From Rhizaria sp. SCN 62-66 (taxonomy: Eukaryota), in the NCBI GenBank assembly GCA_001724265.1, contig MEDY01000033.1:186001-206659 (forward strand): a stretch of 20,659 bases of DNA, given 5' to 3'. Below, piece by piece: positions 9,301 through 17,987 of the stretch (positions are counted from its first letter, which is position 1; every line of letters starts with the position of its first letter). The notes below the pieces were generated by a model. It saw only the letters and a list, made by a program, of their open reading frames with translations. It did no database searches and was not told the DNA's origin. The translations under genes and the position numbers were made by a program.

Positions 9301-12300
9301 TTAGAGCGCGATCGTGCTAATACCAACCTCGCCGTCGACATCGTCCATAAACCGCGGCACGCCCTGCGTATGGACCTGCAGTGCCTCCTGGTACTTAGGC
9401 CTCATTTTCTGCATCTGCATCTGCATCTGCTGCTGCTGTTGCTGGCGCCAGGCGCTTTGTCCGCCACCCGCGGCGCCCGCCGGGGACTGCGCGGCGGCCT
9501 TGGCGGCTGCGGCGATCGCGGCGCGCTGCTTGCGGACCGCAGCGTGGGCCTCGGCAACCGCGACGGCGAGCTTGGCGTCGGCACGCGCGACAAGGGCGTC
9601 GATGTACCACCTACAATTGTGACGACACAAAATAGAGAAATATGCAATGGTGATCGCGAGCATTTAACCAAAATTAGACCAAAATATGAATACTGAATAT
9701 AGAAGCGTGGATTTACCCGTGGGTCTACCAATCATATCAATACACGTGAGATATCTTGCAATTCATGCTCGGAGTGCAACGTACCTGCGTTTGCGACCGC
9801 GGTACTCCTCGCCGGCGACGAGCACGACGATACCGGTGATGGTGACGAAGCCGCCAACGAAGACGGGCCACGTGGGCGCGTCCTCGTACCCCAGTAGGTA
9901 GGAGATGATGCCGGTCAGCATGGGGTCGAGCAGAGGCACCACGGTGTGCACCAGAGGGGAGATGTAGAGGATCGAGTACTTGAACCCCACGAGCCCGACG
10001 AGTCCGCCCAAGAAGCCCAGGAACAGGACCTTGGGGAAGAAGTCCTCGGTCAGGAAGCCGAACAGGGACGTGTCGGAGATGCCTGAGAATGATGAACCTT
10101 CGAAGAGGAGAGTGAAGACTGCGCACAGACTAGTCACAAAGACGAGGTTGTACAGAATCCAAACGAAAACCTGTGGATATGAAACATAGTTGCACAAAAC
10201 AAAACATTTGGTATAATGAGACAATACATTGTTAGTGGGGCGATATACAAATTGTTTACGTCATTCGGTTTGTAACTCTATAGATTAGGCGATTCGTCAT
10301 GATATTAGCACGATACATACCGGGACATGCTTGCGCACTTTGACAGTGCCGAGCACTTCAATGGCGCTGGTGAACGAGCAGTTGAGCGCGAGCATCGCGC
10401 CGAGGATGGTGGCCCACGTGCCCGACTCGAGGAAAGGGTTGTTGTCCGTGTCGCGCGTCTCAGTCGGCACGATGAAGGTCGAGAGGATGCAGAGGATGAC
10501 GCCGACGACGGCTGTGGCGGTGCCCGTGAGCTCGCCGCGGGACAGCGGGGCCTTGGAAATAAGATAAAAGAGAATGAGGAAGACGGGACAAAGCGAGCCC
10601 AGCAGGGAGGAGACGACCGTGGTGATGTACCGCAGCGACGTGACCCACGACGACACGCTGCGCAAATGAACAACAGCAAAGATAGATCCGAGTAAGAAAT
10701 AGTATGCATGAGCTGGTAAAATTGGCAGATTACCATTCGTTGATATCAATATTGATCTTGGCTCAACAGTGTTTCAGTGTTGTAAAGAAAGGAAAAAGTG
10801 ACGTACTTAACGCCCCACAGCAGACCCGTGATGACAGCCATCAGTAGCGGCCGGCGGAGCTCGTCGGCGACCCGCGCGAGCACGCGGTGGAGCCACCGGC
10901 GCGAAGCCCGCTTCGCGCGGACCAGTCCGGCGCTGCCGCGGCCGTATACGCCCACGGGACCCGTGGCGGAATCCGCGCTGCTTACGGTCACTGCGTCGGA
11001 GCCTACGGTCACTTGGTGAGCGAGTGCATTGCTGCTGAAGCCGTTCTGGACGTTGTTGTTTTGCTCAGAGAGAGCGGAGACTCCCTTGTTCGCGCTGTCG
11101 TAGCTGTCCTCGCCGAGATCGAGCTGGACCTCGGTGTTGGCATAACCGTTGTTGTTGTTGAAGTCACTGTACTGGCTCGACGGAGACATGTGGTCGATGG
11201 TGCCGACCGCGCCCCGGTCGACGCCCATCTGTCCGCTGGCCACAGCCGCCGCGCGCGGGGACGCGCGGGGCATCTCGGTGCCGTCGAAGGCGAGGCGCAC
11301 GCTGCTGCTGCGGCTAAGCCCGCGCGTCTTGATGTCGCTGTCGTCAACGGCGCCGTTGCTGGCGCCGTTGTTCGCAGAGTTGTTGCGGTTGTTGAACGTC
11401 TCGGCGTCGTCGTCGCGCGGGTCGGCCGCGGCGTCCGCGTCCTCTGGCAGGCGGTAGCGATCGACCTTGCCCCCCGCGCGCGTGGGGCCGAGCCCCAGCG
11501 CGGTGCGGATCCCGGTGAAACCGACGGTCTTGGCGAGAATCCCTTCAAGCAGCAGCTCGGCGGCCTCGTCGAAGCTGTGCACGGAGGCCCGTGTCGTCAC
11601 GCCCACTGCACCGCCACCGGTGACATTGCCATCGACGTCAACATCGCTGTTGTTGTTGGCGTTGGCGTTGTCGCTGTCGAGGTTGATGTTGCCGAGGCTG
11701 TTGTTCACGTTCTCATCGTAGTCAACCAGATCGTCGCTGCGCACATACGCGCCCGCAATCCCGTCCACATCAGCGCCATCGCCGTTGCCGTTGGCCCCCG
11801 CCGCGACGTTCTGGCCGCGAGCGCGGTTGCGGAGGCGGCGATTGTAGGCGCGGTGGTCACCGCTGGGATTCACCAACCGCGCAACGGCCGCGTCCATAGT
11901 CCCCGTCGCGATGTCGCCGCAGCGCATTAGGAACGAGAGCGCCGGCGCCGAGTAGTGCACGCAGCGCCGCGCCATCCAGGCGAAAGTCGCAGTGGTGACC
12001 GTGGCCACGCGGTCCGTGGCGGCCTCAGTCCACTGGAAGACCGTGAGCCCGGTGAGCTCGATGGGCGCCGCGGGGGCCGTCGACGCGAGCGCGGCAACGC
12101 CTGTCAGCGGCGCCAGCGGGGCGCTAACGCCTGCGACGTCGTTGACGACCGGGGTCGCGTCGCCGGCGTCGCTGCTGGTGTTGATGTTGACGTTGAAGGC
12201 GGAGTTGGCGCGTGAGAGCGGCGAGTGCAGTCCGGTGCAGTTGTGCGCCGCCTTGTCCAGGTCGGCGTCGAGCGAGGCGTTGAGCATAATGGCGCGCACG

Positions 12301-13493
12301 TGGCAGCTGTCGGCCTTGCTCTCGAACGGGTTCGACAGAGTCGTGAAGCTCGACGCGTCCGTCGCGGCCGAGATGTCGCCGTACACGTGCCCCGCGGGCA
12401 ACGCCTCGTACGCGGGCATCACGCGTGCCGCGAGCCCCGCCGCCGAGAGCGGGACGTCCGCGTCCGTGACAGGGGTGACTGTGGGCACAGTCACCTGCTG
12501 CGCCGTGACGTCGCCAGACTCGACCGCTTCAGTGGCCGCGGCGGTGGCTGCCGTGACGGCGGCGATGCGGGCAACCGTGAGCTCAACCTTGGCCAGCGCT
12601 GTGTCCTCGGTGCTGGGCTCCACGGGCTTCTTGCTGAACCACCCGCGGCGCGTCTCCGGGGATGACTGTTCACAGTGCAGCAAACAAGAAGAAGTCAGGG
12701 TACAAGTGAGATAAAACACATATTTAAACACATACGCAATTGGATATAATAATACGATCCTACACTATTCAGTAGAAATAATGATCCAGCCATGCGAGAC
12801 GAGATGTAGTCATTGCAGGCGAACTGCGTATTCCACCTCGCGTACCTGGTAAATCTGTACGGCTGCGGGGATAAGCGTGAAGAGCATGACGCAGCAGTTG
12901 CGCCAGACTACGGCCAGAATTGGCTTAATGCCGTGCCGGTTGAGATAGACGAAGCTGGGCCCCATGACGGACCAGGTGAAAACGGCGACGAGCAGCGCGA
13001 TCCAGGCCAGGATAACCTTCTTGCGCGGGTGCTGCGCTTGCACGCCGTGTCTCGCCACAGGCACCTGATCCGCGCCCGCGTCCTCGCCGGCAGCCCGGTC
13101 GCCCACCCCGCCAGCGCCGGCCGCCGCGTCGCCGCTGGAGACATGATTGCTAGGTGTGATTGAGGAGTCAAGCACTGGCGGCAGCTCGTTGACGTTGCCG
13201 CCGTCGTCGCCGACGTCGACGTAGACACCAGAGTTGATGTCGAATGCGTACGGGTTAGCCCCAGACGCGCTGCCCACCATGCGCGGGCTCGCCGTGACGC
13301 CGCCGCCGCCGTTCGCGCCCGCGCCCGCGGCGGCGGCGGCGGCGGGGAGCGGGAGCGACGAGTCCGGCAGCGAGTGAGGCGGCAGGTGGTAGTGCGGGAT
13401 GTCGGCATCGGGGTCGTCATCCAGACGCGAGTGACCCCACTGCACGCCCACGGGCACCGCGGGGGACGCTTTGACGCCGCTGGGGGTGAACAT
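9301..13493 (-). CDS. Drug/metabolite transporter (EamA/DMT, SLC35-like), ~10 TM; exons 13493-12846, 12665-10807, 10657-10321, 10170-9785, 9610-9301; ~1179 aa; 5' end may extend further
   Basis: TM1-2 read ILAWIALLVAVFTWSVMGPSF...PILAVVWRNCCVMLFTLIPA. After the insertion come GLLWGVNVSSWVTSLRYITTVVSSLLGSLCP, ELTGTATAVVGV and LGAMLAL...KVRK. The second repeat reads GGLVGLVGFKYSILYISPLVHTVVPLLDPMLTGIISYLLGYEDAPTWPVFVGGFVTITG, a typical EamA pattern. Four GT-AG introns (180, 149, 150, 174 nt) preserve the frame. Confidence 0.85.
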
Positions 13494-14119
13494 CGCGGGA
13501 TCAGCGAGGGCAGCGGTAACGCTGGAGCTGCTGCAGCGGCGAGTGTGCTTGTGGTGGTTGTTGCCGCGAGAGTCCGAAAGCGGGTTTGATGCGCTGGACT
13601 AGCGGTGACGCGCAAATAAGCAGCACCTAATGCAACCTTAGCCTAGGAACGTGTTCAATGCACCGCTTGTATGCACAAGAATGATGCCTGTACAGGAGGC
13701 ATGATGTGGTTAAAGAGAGTAGGAGGTCGGCGAAAATGACGTAGTGAGTCAACACGGAGAACGCTTCAAAATACCTTATTTCCTGACAATCATGATGAAA
13801 TGGCAAATATATATGAGACAATGTAATGTTGTAAATTCAATGCGACTCACAGAATGCTAGTTGTCGATCGCAGAACAGCAAACGTAACAATCGAAATTCC
13901 TATTCTCGACCCTAAGCTTCACGTCGCCGCCACGGTAGGTCTACTGCGACTGTAAAAAAAAATTGACTTTGTTTGCATATTTCACGGTTATAACAAAGTT
14001 GAGGTGTATTTTTTCGCGTGTCTACTCATAGTCCCACAACGCGCCATTTCATTAATAACTCATCTCAAACAGACAAAGACTACCATACCGTGCATATTCA
14101 AGTGTGTCACGCACATTAC

Positions 14120-17100
14120 TTAAGAGAAGAATCCACTCATGTCCCATGCGCCGCCCGCAGCCGCAGCCGGGGCGGCCGCAGCGGCGGGAGCAGCGGAAGG
14201 AGCAGCGGCGGCTGCGGCAGCCTTGGCCTTAGCCTTCGCCTTCGCAGCCTTGGCCTTCGCGCGCGCGCGGCGCTCGGCCTCGGAGTCTGAGTCTGAGTCT
14301 GAGTCGCTGCTGTCACTCTCGCTACTCTCGCTCTCACTCTCGCTCTCACTGCTGCTGCTACTGCTGCTGCTGCTGTCTTCGTCGTCATCCTCGGAGTCGT
14401 CGTAGAACCCTCCGGCCCCGCCAGCCTTCTTGGCGCCACCTGCGGCGGCGGACGATGAGGACGCGGAGGTCGCGGTGGGCTGCGCTGTGAGCGTGGGCTT
14501 GACGGGCGCCTTGGAGGGCTCGTAGGGCTTGCGCAGCGCGGGGTCGGATCCCACCTCAGGGAACGCCGGCAGCGCCACGAACCCGGGCGCGGGAATCGCG
14601 AGCAGGTGCGACAGCGAGTCGAGCGGGTACCCCGCGCGCACGGCGAACGGCGAGTCCAGCTCGGGCACCGGGCGCGGCGCGAGAATGCACTGCTTGAGCA
14701 CGTCCTTAGCCTCCTGCGTGTCGTCGAGCGCGGCGGCCGCGGCGGCGGCGGCCTTCTTCTTGAAGAAGAGCACGCGGTACATGCGCGCGCGCTCGCGCAG
14801 GTCGCAAGACTCGTCGACCTTGGCCAGGTCCATGATGTACTTGAAGTACGGCGCCGCCACAGCGGGCGTCGACAGGTAGAGCTTCACGGCCAGGTTCAGA
14901 GTCTGCATCTTGACGATCGCGTGCTCAGTGATGAAAGCCTTGGTGAGCACGCGGAGTACGTCGGGCGCGATGGTCGGGATGCGCTGCCGGTGCTCTCCGA
15001 CGATCCACACGATGGCGCAGCGGCCCATCGGGTTCGTCAGTGTAGGCAGCAGCCGTGCGAGAGCCTTAATCACGCCCACGGGCACGTCGTCGCGGTAGCG
15101 CTGCACCAGGTGGCGAATCGCGATGACCGCGTCGGCGACCACGGCGGCGGAGCTCGAGGTCACGAGCGCCATGAGCGCGCGCAAGGCGAGCCCGGCGAGC
15201 GGCGTGATGGCCGTCCCGACGCGCGCAATCGTGCGAGCGACGTGGCAGACAAGCGCCTTGTCGGGGAAGCGCGCGTAGGCAACCAGCTCGTTCATCAGCG
15301 ACGCGGGCTGGTCGAAGCGCGCCAGCTGCGCAAGGCAGTCGAGTTTGAGCACTGCGACGGGGCGCGCGTCGGTGGCCGAGAGGTAGAACTCACGCACAAA
15401 GGGGCGGAAGAGCAGCGGGAACCGGGGCACGAGCGTGGCGATGCACGAGTACACAACGTAAGCCATGTGGCGCGAGGAGCGCGTGGCGCGGATGAGCGCG
15501 CGCACGATATCGGGCATGAACGCGCGCGGCGCCAACGCGGTGTGCGCGGCCGCCACGGCCACGATCACCGAGACGTGGGTGGACCGCAGCAGCTTCGCCG
15601 TCGACGTCAAGAACCATGCCAGATCAGAGTCGATCACCGCGGGCTTCTTGGGCACAGCGGCGGCAGCGGCGGCGGCGGCGGCGGCGGGCACCGGGGCCGG
15701 CGGACTGCTGACGGCGGGGGCCGAGGTGGAGAGGGATAGGGAAACGGGCACCATGTCGCTGGCGGGGGAGCCGCCGATCTCGGGCCAGCTGCTGTCCTTG
15801 GCCTCCTTGCCGCTGCTGCCGCTGGCCTCAGCCTTGACAGAGTCGCTATTGCTCTCGGCCGCGGCGGCCGGCGCGGCCGCAGCCGCCGTGGCGGCGGTGG
15901 TGGGGACTGTAGGCGAGGGGAGGTTAAAGAGCGCGTCTGTGTCGGCGCCGCTGTTGCCGCCGGCCATCATGTCGATGAGGTTCACGGGCGCGACGCTGGC
16001 GCTGCCGGCGCTGTTTGTGTTTGTGGTGATCGAGAGGTCGGCCATGCCGTCGAGCAGGTCCATGGGCAGCAGAGATGCAGTCTTAGCCACCGCGGGGGCG
16101 GCCTTCTTCCCCTTGCCCTTGCCCTTGGCGCTCTCGTTGTCCGAGTCTGATGCAGAGTTCGAGTCCGAGGCCGCGGCGTCGTCGTCAGAGTCGTCGTAGA
16201 AGCCGCCCTTGCCGGACTTCTTGGACTTCTTGGACTTTTTGTCATTCTTGTCCTTCTTCTTGTCTTTCTTGTCCTTCTTGTTATTCGACTGTGACAGCGC
16301 AAGCACGTCGTCCTCGTCGTCGTCGTCGCCGTTGTTGCCGCTGGTAGCCTCGTCGTCGTAGAACGAGCCCCCGCCGCGCACGGCGTACTTAGACAGGTAA
16401 GTGCCGCCGGCGCCGCCGCCAACCGCACCACCCGCAGCAGCGGCAGCAGCGGCGGCGGCCGTGGCGGCCATCGACGCGGGGTCGAACGCGCCGCCTGACG
16501 CGCCCGGGGGGAGCGAGCCGGACTCGCTGATGTAAGTGCCGTCAGCGCCCACCGCGGCGCCCGCGGCGGCGGCGGCTGCGGCCGCAGCGGCGGTGTCCGC
16601 GGGGGAGCCCGTGAGCGGGAACCAGCCGGGCGGGGCGGCAAAGAAACGGCGGCAGTAGCGCGTGAGGACCTTGATGGCGACGACTTGGCCCCACGAGTCG
16701 AGGTCGGCGAGGAGATGGCAGAGCTTCTGGTAGTGCGGATGAAGCAGGTCGTAGCGGTCGGGGCACACCTCGTCGAAGGCGTACAGAGTCGCGCCCAGCA
16801 CGCCGGCGTCAAAGTTGGTCAGCAGCTCCTCGATGCACTCGACGCACACGTCGAGCTGGTTCTCGTCCGTGGTGAAGATCTTGGGGATCGCGGTGGCGGC
16901 GGCGCGGCGCACGTAGGGCGAGATGTCCTTGATACAGCTCTGCAGCGCGAGCACGATGAGCGGGACGACCACAGGTACGTTGATCGAGGCCATGGCGCGC
17001 ATCGCGTTCGCCTTGACGCGCTGCGAGTGCGACTTAAGATCGCGCTGGAAAGTGTTGATGGTCATGAGCGCAACGTCCTGGTTGGTGTCTGCGTAGTGCG

Positions 17101-17543
17101 TGATGTACATGTACACAAGCTTCTTAAGCTCGGCGTGTTCGGCAATGACGTTCTTGACAACGGCGGGAAAAAAGATCGACACGTCGCGACCCATGGACAT
17201 GAGCGCGAGGAGACGCTTCATCGCCTCGAGCTTGTCCTTGATCTCCTTGCTCTCGAGCAAGTTATGGATCTCGCCGTTCTTAGTGCCATTCTCCTCAAAG
17301 TACTTGGCGTCGCTCAGCAACCCTAGTGTGTTCCTAAAAGACGTCGCGATTCAGATAGTATAGGTGTCACATAATACGTCCAAGTCGGAGTGAGTGCTTG
17401 AAAGAGAACATGGTGGCAACAGAAAGATAGGGAGTTGTGGAGCGTGTTATCACCGACCATGAATGGTGGGCTAAAAAGGGGGTGCGAAACAGGGGGATAT
17501 CGAAAGCTAGAGGAGATAGCAATTTCGTATATAGAACGTACAT
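14120..17543 (-). CDS. AP3B: AP-3 complex subunit beta (beta-3 adaptin); main exon 17333-14120 plus a predicted 2-nt first coding exon 17543-17542; ~1071 aa
   Basis: Adaptin trunk motifs: KLEAMKRLLALMSMGRDVSIFFPAVVKNV; KKLVYMY; ALMTINTFQRDL; DISPYVRRAAATAIPK; VCPDRYDLLHPHYQKLCHLLADLDSWGQV; WIVGEH...APDVLRVLTKAFITE...VKMQTLNLAVKL; DLRERAR; DSLSHLL. An acidic Ser-rich hinge follows. These are beta-3-type signatures. Confidence 0.93.
14283..14400 (-). repeat. Coding microsatellite-like repeats (SD)n, (SE)n and poly-S in the AP-3 beta hinge
   Basis: GAGTCT x3-4, CTCTCG/CTCTCA runs and CTG runs on the + strand encode SSSSSSSSSESESESESSESDSSDSDSDSDSE. Confidence 0.85.
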
Positions 17544-17987
17544 CTTGAGTACACACGCGTGAGAGCGTCTACAGGTGTAGCTGAAGGCCGGAAAGTGCAC
17601 AAACTCAGCTCACAAGTGGCATTTCGATGACGAGCAAGCTTGGCCAGCGGCAGCGAACGACGTCGATCTTCGGTTCGCAAAAAGTCTTCACAGTCAAAGT
17701 CCATATGACAACTTCACATAAGGATATCATGTTCATCCCTTTATCCAGTGATTAAATCTGTTTTATATTTGGGTCAAACGCACACTTAACTCTATTGTCA
17801 TTCTTTACCATTCCTATTGACGTCAACTACGTGGCGTTAGTTACTGATTTCTTCCACGCGCACGCTGACTCTGCATGGACTTTGCCTCCTCTCCGATGCT
17901 TACAACAAACCTTGGCCGCGCTAATTGGCATCCGTCGGACTCACAATTGAACTTCTGAACTGTACCCGCGTTTTGTTTCTTGATAGC
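17544..17987. promoter_or_regulatory. Short divergent (head-to-head) intergenic region containing the palindrome TTGACGTCAA (17817-17826) and ACGTGGC (17829-17835)
   Basis: This ~440-bp AT-rich spacer between two divergently oriented genes must hold both promoters. The motifs are read directly; their function as bZIP sites is inferred. Confidence 0.5.

Noticed and set aside
3620..13493. Split ORFs read as pseudogenes, frameshifts or an alternative genetic code
   Set aside because: Every break is explained by a GT-AG intron with correct phase, and the genes end in ordinary TAA/TGA.
17507..17704. 65-aa ORF MDFDCEDF... as first exon of AP3B
   Set aside because: Its frame does not join the main exon through the GTACGT donor and the 17334 acceptor, and it has no adaptin-like sequence; at most a uORF.
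17695..17884. 10-bp inverted repeat CAAAGTCCAT / ATGGACTTTG as MITE termini
   Set aside because: Short and single-copy, with no target-site duplication seen; plausible by chance.
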